Source: Terriglobales bacterium (GTDB lineage: Bacteria > Acidobacteriota > Terriglobia > Terriglobales > Acidobacteriaceae). Taken from it: a stretch of DNA of 64,000 nt. The notes below the pieces were generated by a model. The model saw only the letters and a program-made list of their open reading frames with translations. It searched no databases and was not told the origin of the DNA. The position numbers were made by a program, and so were the translations under genes. This document shows, in pieces, positions 1 through 9,550 of the stretch. The stretch's first letter is position 1; every line of letters starts with the position of its first letter. The stretch spans positions 10,070 through 74,069 of the forward strand of contig JBEKTR010000001.1 in assembly GCA_049515835.1 (NCBI GenBank), read 5' to 3'.

Positions 1-2
1 CG

Positions 3-593
3 AAGACTGAAGAGGCCGAAGCCGTCGTTCGCTTCCGCCTGAAAAAATCTTTGCCCTTCGATGTGGACAAGGCGAAAGTCTCCTATCACGCTCAGACTTC
101 GGGTAGCGGTGTTCGCGTGATCGCGGCAGTCTCGCTGCTAAGCGTCATTGAAGACTACGAATCGGTCTTCCGTGAAGCCGGTTACAACCCTGGGGTGGTG
201 CTGCCTTCCATGCTGGCCGCGCTGGGCGCAGCCTCGACCGACCGTCCCACCATGGTGGTCAAAGTGGATGAGCGCACCGTGAGCCTTGCGATACTTGACC
301 AGCAACAGCTCTTGCTCTTCCGCACCATTGAAAATCCTTTTGGGCCCAACATGAGTGGAGAGCAATTGGCTGAAGAAATTTATCCTTCCGTCGTATTTTT
401 CCAGGACACTTACCAACTCAACTTGGAGCAGATTTTTGTCGCCGGATTGGGCGAATCGGCCGCTGGCGCTGCCCTGAAGGCGCAGACCGGGGCGCAGGTG
501 GCGGATTTAGTCAGTAGTTCACAGTTGAGCGCGAATGTCGGCATGATTCCCCGCTGGAAGCTCGGCGGGGTCGCGGGAGCGCTTCTGGCCTAA
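3..593 (+). CDS. pilM: type IV pilus assembly protein PilM, C-terminal part (5' end outside window)
   Basis: The frame is open from the window edge (KTEEAEAVVRFRLKKSLPFDVDK...). The sequence resembles the PilM C-terminal half. PilN- and PilO-like genes follow with 3-nt gaps. Confidence 0.7.
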   Translation, partial: KTEEAEAVVRFRLKKSLPFDVDKAKVSYHAQTSGSGVRVIAAVSLLSVIEDYESVFREAGYNPGVVLPSMLAALGAASTDRPTMVVKVDERTVSLAILDQQQLLLFRTIENPFGPNMSGEQLAEEIYPSVVFFQDTYQLNLEQIFVAGLGESAAGAALKAQTGAQVADLVSSSQLSANVGMIPRWKLGGVAGALLA

Positions 594-596
594 CTC

Positions 597-1238
597 ATGC
601 GCGTCAATATCAATCTCGCAACTCAGCCCTATGAAGATGCCCGGCAGTTTTGGTTCCGCTGGGGTGGGGCCTTGCTGGCTTTATGCGTCATCACGCTCGG
701 CTTGCTATTTATCACCGTCAGCGGATGGGTGAGCGCGCGCAACGACCGCAACCTCATCGCCCAGCGCGAAGCGCAAATTGCCGTGCGCGACAAAGAAAAA
801 GCCGATGCCGCCGCCATGATGAACCTGCCGCAAAATCGCAGCATCCGCGACCGCTCAGAATTTCTGAATGACTTGTTCCAACGCAAGGCATTTTCCTGGA
901 CGCTGGCTTTCGAGACTCTGGAACAATTGATGCCGCCGCAGTTGCACGTCGTCTCCATTCATCCGGCGATTTCGCCGGACAATCAGCTGGAAATCAAGCT
1001 GACGGTTTCCGGCGCTTCCCGCGACCGCGCGCTCGAACTGGTGCGCAAAATGGAAGGTTCGCAAAAGTTCCATCAGACCGAAATTGATGAAGAGAAGTTT
1101 TCCACCACGCAAACAGGTAACGAGGTTGTCTTCAACATCACGGCGCTCTACGTGCCTGTGGCGGACGCGACCGCTGCACCGGCCACTCCGAAACCCGTCG
1201 TCGTTACTCCGGCCACTTCCAAGCAAGGAGCCCTGTAA
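597..1238 (+). CDS. pilN: type IV pilus assembly protein PilN-like
   Basis: N-terminus MRVNINLATQPY, then a single TM segment (WGGALLALCVITLGLLFITV) and a periplasmic domain. The ATG lies 3 nt after the pilM stop. Confidence 0.7.
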   Translation: MRVNINLATQPYEDARQFWFRWGGALLALCVITLGLLFITVSGWVSARNDRNLIAQREAQIAVRDKEKADAAAMMNLPQNRSIRDRSEFLNDLFQRKAFSWTLAFETLEQLMPPQLHVVSIHPAISPDNQLEIKLTVSGASRDRALELVRKMEGSQKFHQTEIDEEKFSTTQTGNEVVFNITALYVPVADATAAPATPKPVVVTPATSKQGAL

Positions 1239-1240
1239 GC

Positions 1241-1825
1241 ATGCCCGATCTGCGCGAAACCCGGCGGCAACTGAAAATCGGCATGGCAGCCCTGCTTGCT
1301 GTGGATGTCGTCGCACTGGGACTTCTGATATCCCCCATCATCGGCTCTGAGGCCTCGCGCCGCGATCAACTCTCCACGCTGTGGAAAGAATTGCAAATCA
1401 AGACCCGGGAAGTTGAGCCTCTCAAGGGACTCGACAAAAAAATCCCAGTCGCGCGTGGGGAGATCGACGGATTTTACAAGGCACGCTTCAGTTCCGAGCA
1501 ATCCGATATCTCCGCCGACCTGGGCAAACTGGCGCAGCAGAGTGGCGTAAAGATTTCCGAGATCAAGTACAAGGAGAAAGCAGAAGACGACCTCGGCGCG
1601 GTCCGGGAATCGCAAGGTATTGATCCCGCTCAGGTTGGCTTGCGGAAAATCCAGATTGATGCCGGCTTTGAAGGCAATTACGTGCAACTCATACGCTTTG
1701 TAAATGCGCTCGAACGCAATCACTTGTTTTTTCTGGTGGACGGCGTCGAGTTGGGCGGGCGCGAAAACGGGATCGTGCAGCTCAAAATGTCGCTCGAAAC
1801 GTATTTGAAGACAGGAGCCGCGTAA
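1241..1825 (+). CDS. pilO: type IV pilus assembly protein PilO-like
   Basis: N-terminal TM segment, a coiled-coil segment and a C-terminal alpha/beta part (FVNALERNHLFFLVDGVEL). It sits directly after the pilN-like gene. Confidence 0.65.
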   Translation: MPDLRETRRQLKIGMAALLAVDVVALGLLISPIIGSEASRRDQLSTLWKELQIKTREVEPLKGLDKKIPVARGEIDGFYKARFSSEQSDISADLGKLAQQSGVKISEIKYKEKAEDDLGAVRESQGIDPAQVGLRKIQIDAGFEGNYVQLIRFVNALERNHLFFLVDGVELGGRENGIVQLKMSLETYLKTGAA

Positions 1826-2410
1826 GTGAAGCTGGGCGCGGAAAATCGAAAGAAGATCATCATCGCCGCGGTGCTCCTCGTGGTTGGCGGCGGCCTTATG
1901 CTGAACGGAATTTACAGTTCCCACAGCAATGACACGCCGACCCCTCAAACGAACGCTGGTGCCGAAACGACTTTCGTAACAACGGCCCACAAAGCCCCTT
2001 CAAAAACAAAGAAAGCGGTGCGTGCCCATTCCATTGACCCTTCGTTGCGGTTCGATTGGCTCCAAGCCAGCGAGGACACAAAGTATGAAGGCACCGGCCG
2101 GAACATTTTTGATGACCAGGCAGAAATTCCCGCGCCTATCGCGCCCGCGCTTCTGGCCAACAAGAAGGCTGACAACACGCCACCGCCTCCGCCCCCTCCG
2201 CCTCCCATCAACCTGAAATTCTTCGGTTATGCCAACAATCCGAGCGAAGGCAAGCGGATTTTTCTTTCGCAAGGCGAAGACGTGTTTATCGCGCATGAGG
2301 GCGACATCGTGGATCGCCATTACAAAATTGTCCATATCATGCCGACCTCGGTCGAAATTGAAGACGTGCTCAACAACAACACACAGAGCATTCCGCTGAC
2401 GTTGGGTTAA
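1826..2410 (+). CDS. PilP-position pilus assembly protein (hypothetical, poly-Pro linker)
   Basis: The GTG start abuts the pilO stop. There is an N-terminal TM segment, a run of nine Pro residues, and a C-terminal beta-rich domain (KFFGYANNPSEGKRIFLSQGEDVFIAHEGDIV...SVEIEDV) reminiscent of PilP. Confidence 0.4.
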   Translation: MKLGAENRKKIIIAAVLLVVGGGLMLNGIYSSHSNDTPTPQTNAGAETTFVTTAHKAPSKTKKAVRAHSIDPSLRFDWLQASEDTKYEGTGRNIFDDQAEIPAPIAPALLANKKADNTPPPPPPPPPINLKFFGYANNPSEGKRIFLSQGEDVFIAHEGDIVDRHYKIVHIMPTSVEIEDVLNNNTQSIPLTLG

Positions 2411-2436
2411 AAGCAGATTTCGATTTTCACGGATGT

Positions 2437-3468
2437 ATGCCAGCCAAATCTCCAAACCGCAGCCCAAAAAGAACGCGACGGCATTCAGAACGCGGCTACA
2501 TTCTGATTACCATCATTTTCGCGTTTGCTGTGATGGCGATTGTTGCGACCATGCTTGCGCCGTCGTTCATTTTTGAAATGAAGCGCGATCGCGAAGAAGA
2601 GATGATTCATCGCGGGGCGCAGTACGCCCGCGCCATTCGTGCCTTTGTGAAGAAGAACGGCCGCTACCCCACACGGATTGAGGACTTGGATAATACCAAT
2701 CAGATCCGCTATCTGCGCCGCCATTACAAAGACCCGATCACGGGAAAAGAGTTCCGCCTTCTGCATCAAGGAGATGTGCCCGCATTGTCGGCCGGTCTAT
2801 CCGGGGCGGCGGCGTTGGGCGCCAATGGCCTTGCAGGCGCTGGCGGCATTGCCGGAGCGCAGGGCGTGCAGCAACAGGCTGCCGCACAAATCGCCCAAGG
2901 CCTCGCAGCTGGACAGGCAGCAAACACTGGGACATCATTATTTGGCGCCAGCGAACCAAACGCCAATAGCAACGAACCGAATGCACAAAGTGCGCAGACA
3001 GGCCCCGGCGCGCCAGATAACGGGTCCGATGTCGGCAACGCTACCGCCCCCGGACAACCGCAGGCACTCGGCCAAAATCAAGGAACCAGCAGCACAAGTC
3101 TTTTTGGCAATGCCGGCGGCAACCAGGCTTTTGGTGGAGGGCCTATCGTAGGCGTGGCCAGCATCAGCAAGGATAAAACCATTCGCATCTTTAACAAGAA
3201 AGATCATTACAAAGACTGGTATTTCATCTATGACCCGACCACCGACCGCGGCGCTTTGATCAATGGCCCCGCCCAGCCAGCCTTGCAGGGCGGCACGAAT
3301 AATGTAAACGGGCAAACACCGGGGCAGAATGGCTCTTCGCCCGCAGGCCCCGGCGGTTCCACTACAGCTCCGGGTGGGACGTTCAATGGATTAGGCGGAG
3401 CCGGAAATCAGAACAACAACAACGGCCCCGGCGGATTCCAGCCCCCCGGACAACTTCCCGAACAATAG
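2437..3468 (+). CDS. GspG-like pseudopilin / type II secretion system protein with long low-complexity tail
   Basis: Basic leader followed by a hydrophobic helix (RGYILITIIFAFAVMAIVATML). A GspG-like segment follows (KKNGRYPTRIEDLDN...YKDPITGKEF), then about 200 aa rich in G/A/Q/N/P. Confidence 0.5.
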   Translation: MPAKSPNRSPKRTRRHSERGYILITIIFAFAVMAIVATMLAPSFIFEMKRDREEEMIHRGAQYARAIRAFVKKNGRYPTRIEDLDNTNQIRYLRRHYKDPITGKEFRLLHQGDVPALSAGLSGAAALGANGLAGAGGIAGAQGVQQQAAAQIAQGLAAGQAANTGTSLFGASEPNANSNEPNAQSAQTGPGAPDNGSDVGNATAPGQPQALGQNQGTSSTSLFGNAGGNQAFGGGPIVGVASISKDKTIRIFNKKDHYKDWYFIYDPTTDRGALINGPAQPALQGGTNNVNGQTPGQNGSSPAGPGGSTTAPGGTFNGLGGAGNQNNNNGPGGFQPPGQLPEQ

Positions 3469-3492
3469 ACCCGCAGTCGCCAGACAAATAAA

Positions 3493-3526
3493 AAGCCTCG
3501 CTGAACCGGCGAGGCTTAATTTTCTG
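3493..3526. terminator. bidirectional rho-independent terminator between convergent genes
   Basis: Stem agcctcgc/gcgaggct (8 bp). An A-run lies on the left and a T-run (taattttct) on the right. Confidence 0.6.
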
Positions 3527-3550
3527 TGCGGGAATCTTGCGCCCTGAATC

Positions 3551-3934
3551 TTACACGCTAAAAGACGATCCGCAGCCGCAGGTGCTCTTCACATTCGGAT
3601 TCTCGAACTTGAAGCCTGCGCCTTCGAGCGTCTCAACGTAATCCACGATGCAGCCATTCAGATACATGATCGAAGTCGCATCCACATAGACTTTCAGACC
3701 GTCCATGTCGAAGACCTTGTCCATCATGCCCGGTGCGTTTTCGAAAGCCATGGAATAGGAGAATCCCGAGCATCCGCCGCCGACCACGCCCACGCGCAGT
3801 CCGGTTGGGGCGGGGTTCTGTTGCGCCATAATCTCTTTCACTTTTACGACCGCATTCGGGGTGAGGCTGATCGGCGCAACTTTCGCTGCCGGCTTCACTT
3901 CCGGAGTAGCAGTGGGAGTCATCGTTGTGGCCAT
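3551..3934 (-). CDS. erpA: iron-sulfur cluster insertion protein, HesB/IscA/ErpA family
   Basis: C-terminal CGCGSSF motif and GGGCSGF motif. The start was moved to the internal ATG preceded by AAGGAG (MATTMTPT...). Confidence 0.85.
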   Translation of the reverse strand: MATTMTPTATPEVKPAAKVAPISLTPNAVVKVKEIMAQQNPAPTGLRVGVVGGGCSGFSYSMAFENAPGMMDKVFDMDGLKVYVDATSIMYLNGCIVDYVETLEGAGFKFENPNVKSTCGCGSSFSV

Positions 3935-4226
3935 TGGCAATCTCCTTATGAAACTTATGAATATAAGTATAACAAACTGGTCAACATATGGATGCTGTAA
4001 TAGGTGGCCGGGTCGCATTGGCCATTCCCACTAATCCTGGCAGATTGTTACTCCGAGGAACGGAGCAACCAGTAACCTGCTTCGCTTAGATTCGCCCGCG
4101 ACTCCAATCCTACCCTTTTCATTCCAAATAATCCCCTCCCCCATTGACACTGGGGCCTATAATGCTTCGCATAAGCGGCACCCAGGGTTTCACAACCTCG
4201 GGAAAATCCGTTAGCGAGGTGGATTT

Positions 4227-4502
4227 ATGTCACCGTCTCTGCTCGGACTGGTTATCTCGTGGGGAGTTCTCACCGTAGCCTTTGTGATACTTCTCATTTA
4301 TCGCAGCACCCTCACTCGACAGGAGGACGATCAACTCTTCCTTGACCCCGCCGAAGCCCACATGCAACAGGAACAAGCGGAGCTTATGCGCAAGGTCGAG
4401 AAAGTGAATCCTTACGTCATGTGGCTGGGTGCGGCATCGGGTGTGCTGATCGTGGCCATCGCCGGACTGGCGGCCTACGAACGGCTTACCCAGGTGCAGT
4501 AA
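4227..4502 (+). CDS. small two-TM membrane protein (hypothetical)
   Basis: A GAGGTGG Shine-Dalgarno sequence precedes the ATG. Two hydrophobic segments flank a charged helix. Confidence 0.5.
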   Translation: MSPSLLGLVISWGVLTVAFVILLIYRSTLTRQEDDQLFLDPAEAHMQQEQAELMRKVEKVNPYVMWLGAASGVLIVAIAGLAAYERLTQVQ

Positions 4503-4674
4503 GCCATCAGGCTGTCGCCCCGCGGCCAATCACAGGGTGTTTCCGCATCCTGCGTGATTCTTGTTTCTCCATCACCGCTCTTGGGAAACAGCGATGCTGG
4601 TGGAGTCTTTCCACCCCTACCCATTGGGTCGGATGCGATGTTAGCATTCCCTGCCGCACAAATTGGAGGGCTTC

Positions 4675-5922
4675 GTGATCAAAATTGCTCTGTACGCAGC
4701 GTTGTTGGCGACGAGTTGCGGTTTGACATTCGGTCAAGCCACGGAAAAGGTCCTCTGGAACTTCGGCGGACCGAATGATGGCACGAATCCGGCGGGCAGC
4801 CTTGTTTTCGACCACAGCGGCAATCTTTATGGGACAACCACGGCGGGCGGAAACCAATATAGCGCCGGAACAATGTTCCGGCTTTCGCCGCAATCGGGTG
4901 GCGTGTGGACTGAGAGCGTACTGTATAACTTTTGCTCAGATCTAGGGCTAGATGATTGTATCGACGGCCAGGAGCCAGGCGCCGGTCTCACATTCGACAG
5001 AGCGGGAAATCTCTACGGAACAACCGAACTGGGCGGGAAGACTTGCTGGGCATTCTATGGCACTTGCGGAACAGTCTTTAAGCTTGCGCGGCCGCAATCT
5101 CCGGCGACTACATGGACCGAAACTGTTCTCTATGCCTTCTGTGTTAGCTATGACTTTTGCACCGACGGGTTGACGCCAACCAGCCAAGTTGTTTTCGATG
5201 CGGCAGGAAACCTATACGGGACCACGCTTTGGGGAGGAGGCAGCGTGCAAGGCGGGAACCTAGGCATTGCCGCCGGTGACGTGTTCGAACTGACCCCTGG
5301 TTCGGGCGGCTGGACGGAGACCGTACTGTATAGCTTTAACCAATACGAGGGCGACCCGCAGGGCGGGGTGATTTTCGATGCATTCGGCAATCTTTATGGG
5401 GCAACGCGACTGGGTCCGAACATGGCTGGATTCGTTTACGAAGTTTCGCCATCGAGCGCCGGTTGGACGGGACAAACTTTAGGAAAATTTGCCTTCGACG
5501 CCGGCAGCACCTCACCCCTTGCCACGGACAATAACGGGAATTTCTATGGAACAAGCTATGACATTTTTGGCCCAGGCAATAGCACGGTTTTTGGGTTCAA
5601 TGTAGTAACCCGAACTTCCCAGTTACACAACTTTTCCAGTGCGGCGGGTTCCGGAGCGCTTTCCGGCGTGTTGATTGATGCGCGGCGCAAGAGTCTTTTA
5701 GGGACGGCCTACGCTGGAGGAGCAAACAATGGCGGCACGGTTTGGGAGGTTGGCCCAGGCGGAGAGCCAGTCGCAGTTTATAGTTTTTGCACGCAACCGA
5801 ACTGTGCCGATGGGGAGGCGCCCAACGGGGCGCTGATCCAAGACCAAGCCGGCAACCTCTACGGCGTCACCAACGCCGGCGGAACTTACAACCAAGGCGT
5901 GGTTTTTGAAATCACGCCGTAG
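4675..5922 (+). CDS. secreted GloVer-type tandem-repeat protein (choice-of-anchor repeat family, TIGR03803-like)
   Basis: GTG start after GGAGGG. Signal peptide MIKIALYAALLATSCGLTFGQA. Seven G(N)LYGTT..GG repeats. The protein ends GVVFEITP. Confidence 0.8.
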   Translation: MIKIALYAALLATSCGLTFGQATEKVLWNFGGPNDGTNPAGSLVFDHSGNLYGTTTAGGNQYSAGTMFRLSPQSGGVWTESVLYNFCSDLGLDDCIDGQEPGAGLTFDRAGNLYGTTELGGKTCWAFYGTCGTVFKLARPQSPATTWTETVLYAFCVSYDFCTDGLTPTSQVVFDAAGNLYGTTLWGGGSVQGGNLGIAAGDVFELTPGSGGWTETVLYSFNQYEGDPQGGVIFDAFGNLYGATRLGPNMAGFVYEVSPSSAGWTGQTLGKFAFDAGSTSPLATDNNGNFYGTSYDIFGPGNSTVFGFNVVTRTSQLHNFSSAAGSGALSGVLIDARRKSLLGTAYAGGANNGGTVWEVGPGGEPVAVYSFCTQPNCADGEAPNGALIQDQAGNLYGVTNAGGTYNQGVVFEITP

Positions 5923-5953
5923 CGTCTCCGGACGGTCGCCGTTAGTCGGCGCG

Positions 5954-6340
5954 CTAATCTTGATTCAAGTACTCTTCGGGAAGTAGTCTTCGGGGGACCT
6001 CATGCGAGTGCACTTTGCGCTCGTCTTTTTTTGCACCTTGGGCGCCAATCGCCACCCTCGCAAGCCTTACGTTGGCCATCAACAGGCGAGTCGCCAGGGT
6101 GGAGACGCATGTGCCCGCTAACTGAAGTTGTGCGCTGGAATCCAGCCGGTCGGCGTTGGGAAGTGATGGCGAATGCCAGTTCGGATCCCTGGCAGAACTT
6201 AAAGATCTCAAGTGGCAGCTTCGCTTAATGTTTTTCGTGCAAAGTTTCCATGCTCTCCCAGCATTGCATGAAGCTTATCGGTAAGTCCTGGCAGTGATCC
6301 TCCCGTTCGCCAGTTGGCAAAACACCGACGGAAGGCTTTG
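5954..6340 (-). pseudogene. decayed tyrosine recombinase (phage-integrase family) remnant
   Basis: The minus-strand translation TLATRLLMANVRLARVAIGAQG..ERKVHSH aligns by eye to the integrase C-terminal box [33 protein letters not shown], but the catalytic R/H/H/Y residues are all replaced. An upstream piece (LPTGEREDHCQDLPISFMQCWES) is in another frame behind a stop. Confidence 0.4.
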
Positions 6341-6357
6341 GGGTGCAATTTCAGAAT

Positions 6358-7614
6358 TTAGGGTGCAATTTCAAACACGACGCCCAGACTGGCAGGGCCA
6401 CCACCGTTGGTGACCCCGTATAATTTGACGCCCACGGCAATCAGCGCTCGAGGGTATGCTCCGTCGGAGCCTTCAAAAGTATGCACAACCGCGAAATTCC
6501 CCGAAGCATCAATCTTGAAGACCGTTCCACAACCGGTGCCATTGCAGTTTAAGTCGCCACCATAAAACGCAGTGCCGTAAAGATTTCCTGCGTCATCCCT
6601 CACCAAAGCATCGCTAGGCCATGCGCCATCCTGAGAATCAGTAAATGTGTGCAATACGGTTTCATCACCGCTCGGTGACAACTTAAACACCACACCGCAG
6701 CCGGGAGGGTTTCCGCGGCTAAGATTGCAACTCACATCGCCTCCCAGCGCCGTGGTGCCATAAAGATTGCCTTTTTTGTCAGCAATCAAGTTCGCCGCCG
6801 GATCGGCCCCGTCTGGTCCATCCTGAAAACTCCACAAAGTAGTTTCGCCGCTGGCGCTGACTTTGAATACCGTTCCGCATCCGTTGCCTAGAACGGTGAT
6901 GCACGGACCATCCCCGCCAAATTCTGCGGTACCGTAGAGTGCCCCATTGCGCTCTAGCAGCCCCGCGCTTGGCAAGCCACCATCATCGCCTCCCGTGAAG
7001 TTGTAGAGCACCGACTCGTTACCATTGACGACACTGTAAATTGTTCCCTCGCCTGGATTGCCAAATGCCATGTTGGTGCCCCCGTAGGTCGTCGTTCCAT
7101 ACATAGTTCCGTTCGAAGCGATCGTCACACTTGTCTGCGGAACGATTCCATCAGAAGGCGGAGCTTCGAAACTGTGCAACACCTCTTCTCCTTGAGAACT
7201 TAACTCGAAGACCGTTCCACACCCAGTGCCGCAATAGGAGAATGTACTCGTTCCTCCATATTGCGTTACTCCGTAAAGCACACCTGACGCGCCCACAGTC
7301 AACCCGATCGGATTTTGTCCATCGGGAGGACCTTTGAATTCATACAGCGTGGTTTCGTCTCCCGCCGGATTAATTTTGTAAATCGCCCCGCACGGTGCGT
7401 TCACACAACTGCTTGCCCCACCGCCATAAGTCGAAGCCCCATATAAGTTCCCTGCTTTGTCGCTCACGAGTATCGACCCAGCCTGAAGACCGTCTTCTCC
7501 ATTAAATGCGTAAACGACTCTATAAGTTTGCGCTGATGATGGAAGCGCGGATGTAAATGGGAATGAAAACGAACAACTCACATAGAACAGTGCCAAGCAG
7601 AATCTGCTGGTCAT
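6358..7614 (-). CDS. secreted GloVer-type tandem-repeat protein
   Basis: ATG (MTSRFCLALFYVSC...) after GAGGG. Signal peptide, seven LYG(T/V/A)T..GG repeats, and the ending GVVFEIAP. Confidence 0.8.
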   Translation of the reverse strand: MTSRFCLALFYVSCSFSFPFTSALPSSAQTYRVVYAFNGEDGLQAGSILVSDKAGNLYGASTYGGGASSCVNAPCGAIYKINPAGDETTLYEFKGPPDGQNPIGLTVGASGVLYGVTQYGGTSTFSYCGTGCGTVFELSSQGEEVLHSFEAPPSDGIVPQTSVTIASNGTMYGTTTYGGTNMAFGNPGEGTIYSVVNGNESVLYNFTGGDDGGLPSAGLLERNGALYGTAEFGGDGPCITVLGNGCGTVFKVSASGETTLWSFQDGPDGADPAANLIADKKGNLYGTTALGGDVSCNLSRGNPPGCGVVFKLSPSGDETVLHTFTDSQDGAWPSDALVRDDAGNLYGTAFYGGDLNCNGTGCGTVFKIDASGNFAVVHTFEGSDGAYPRALIAVGVKLYGVTNGGGPASLGVVFEIAP

Positions 7615-7775
7615 GAACCCTCGCAATCAGAGAAATACTCGACTTCGGGCGGGTTTTTGATGGAAGAACGGGGGATGCAGGTTGCTTAGGTCAGTGTTGC
7701 TAAAATAATTGCCTTCTTAATAGGCCTGTGCGAAAGGCCCTAAGCATATGAGCTGCCCGAATCAAAAAGAAACGA

Positions 7776-7820
7776 TCCAAAAAGCTAGGCCCGCTCTGCG
7801 CCTTTTCACGCGAGCGGGCC
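7776..7820 (-). terminator. rho-independent terminator downstream of the 7842-8468 gene
   Basis: Stem ggcccgctc/gagcgggcc plus 3 further bp. On the minus strand a T-run (ctttttgg) follows. Confidence 0.55.
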
Positions 7821-7841
7821 GGACGTCTAAATCTTTTTCGA

Positions 7842-8468
7842 CTACTGATTCATGACATACATCAGCAGGTGCGGTGCTCCGTTTTGGTTCCCAACCGGGA
7901 CAAAGTCGCCGACTTGCCGGTGCGAGTGATCGCCCACCACATCGGACCCAACCAGGCTGCTCGTCGGAAACGCTTGCTTCCCAACACCAAGAATATTGTT
8001 ATTGGAGTCATTCTTGAAATAGATCGTCAGATAATAGTCGTTGAGCGGCGAAAGCGAAATCGCAGTCGGATCCAGCCCGACGATGCACGGCGCAGACGAG
8101 GAAACCGTGTAGTTGCATGCGTCCGAGAGCGTAATTGTAGGGTTGGAAATTCCGTTCAACGTCACCGGCGTCACGGCCGTAATCACGGGCAAGCCGCGCT
8201 GCGTGGTGTAAACGACCATGTTGGAGATGTCGGCGCTGATCCCGGCCGTGAATCCCAAATAAAAGCGGGTGCTCGGGCTAGACGCGATCAGCGAACCGCC
8301 GGAGATCCGGTTCATCGAGGTCCAGTTCGCCCACGCGTAATTGCTGACCACCGGCCCCACGCCGGCTACCAGGTTCTGAGGATTCTGCGCCGAGGCGGAA
8401 TTGCCGAGGCATGCAATAAAGATGGCGAATGTAAAGATAGCGGTAACAACCGTGTTACGAGTTCTCAT
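7842..8468 (-). CDS. secreted hypothetical protein
   Basis: The internal ATG after AGGAGA gives the signal peptide MRTRNTVVTAIFTFAIFIACLGNSASAQ. I do not recognise the family. Confidence 0.55.
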   Translation of the reverse strand: MRTRNTVVTAIFTFAIFIACLGNSASAQNPQNLVAGVGPVVSNYAWANWTSMNRISGGSLIASSPSTRFYLGFTAGISADISNMVVYTTQRGLPVITAVTPVTLNGISNPTITLSDACNYTVSSSAPCIVGLDPTAISLSPLNDYYLTIYFKNDSNNNILGVGKQAFPTSSLVGSDVVGDHSHRQVGDFVPVGNQNGAPHLLMYVMNQ

Positions 8469-8700
8469 CGGGGATCTCCTAGCGGGCTCCAGAACAGTGA
8501 GCGCCGTATTAAAGACGGATTTGTCGTGCGATTTTCCGCCGAGCGCTAGAATACCGTCGGTTGTGGCAGAGCGCAATAGCCAAAGAGTGGTGTAAGGATT
8601 GCGAGTAGTGGAAGGATTGCGGAAGTGCCCGATCGCGATGCGCTTTTGAAGTGCGCAAACTTTTTCAGCTATGTGACCCGCTATTCTCAGCCTTCGTCAG

Positions 8701-9303
8701 GTGCTTCATGAAGCAGGTGAAACGATCCGTTCGGTCTACTTTTTGAATGACGGTCTTGGCTCCGTGCCGACCGTTCAACCGGATGGCAAGAGCGTCGAAG
8801 TCGGCTTGATCGGCAGGGAAGGCTTTGTCGGCGTGCCCGTCATCTTCGGGTTCAAGACCAGCGGCTTGCGCGTAGTGACTCAGGGGGATGGCACCGGATA
8901 CCGCCTCGATCTGGAGGCTTTGCGCAAAGCGCTTCCCCATTGTCCCCAACTCGAGAGTACCCTCCAGCGCTACGCGATGATCCTCGGGATGCAGTCAACC
9001 CAGTTGGCAGCTTGCAATCGCCTGCACAACGTCGTCGAGCGCATGGCCAGATGGTTGTTGATGAGCCAGGACCGGCTCGAAACCAAGGTCATGCCCTTGA
9101 CCCATGAATTCCTCGGACAAATGCTGGGCGCACGCAGGGCCAGCGTTAGCGAGGCCGCTTCGGAACTAAAGAACGCGGGCATGATTTCCTACACCTGCGG
9201 CAGCGTGACCATCTTCAACCGGACCAAGCTCGAGAAGACCGCCTGCGATTGCTACGAAATCATCAACCAGCAGGAAAGCCGCTGGCAGGCCGAGATTCAA
9301 TAG
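8701..9303 (+). CDS. Crp/Fnr family transcriptional regulator (N-terminus short, possibly truncated or frameshifted)
   Basis: cNMP-binding-like beta-roll (GETIRSVYFLNDGLGSV) plus a C-terminal HTH (THEFLGQMLGARRASVSEAASELKNAGMI). The frame is only open from 8677. Confidence 0.65.
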   Translation: MLHEAGETIRSVYFLNDGLGSVPTVQPDGKSVEVGLIGREGFVGVPVIFGFKTSGLRVVTQGDGTGYRLDLEALRKALPHCPQLESTLQRYAMILGMQSTQLAACNRLHNVVERMARWLLMSQDRLETKVMPLTHEFLGQMLGARRASVSEAASELKNAGMISYTCGSVTIFNRTKLEKTACDCYEIINQQESRWQAEIQ

Positions 9304-9550
9304 TGAGCTCAGAAGCGTCGGTACTCGAAACATCGGCATCTTACCCGGTGAGCGAACAGCGCATATTCACTCCTGTATTGCGCTAACCATACGAAAACCC
9401 GCCTCTTGTGGGGCGACTTCTTGTCATCCCGCTCTCCCAGCCCGGCCTGACCATAGTTTTACAAATTGATGACAAGTCTCCTACGAGGAATAGTGCATAA
9501 TTCGCGTCGCATCCAGAGATCGACCGAGACCTGAAGCACCGGAGGACCTT

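Noticed and set aside
1148-1990. 280-aa minus-strand ORF spanning pilN, pilO and the PilP-like gene
   Set aside because: It is an antisense shadow ORF crossing three well-supported, tightly packed plus-strand genes. The sequence is low-complexity and Arg-rich.
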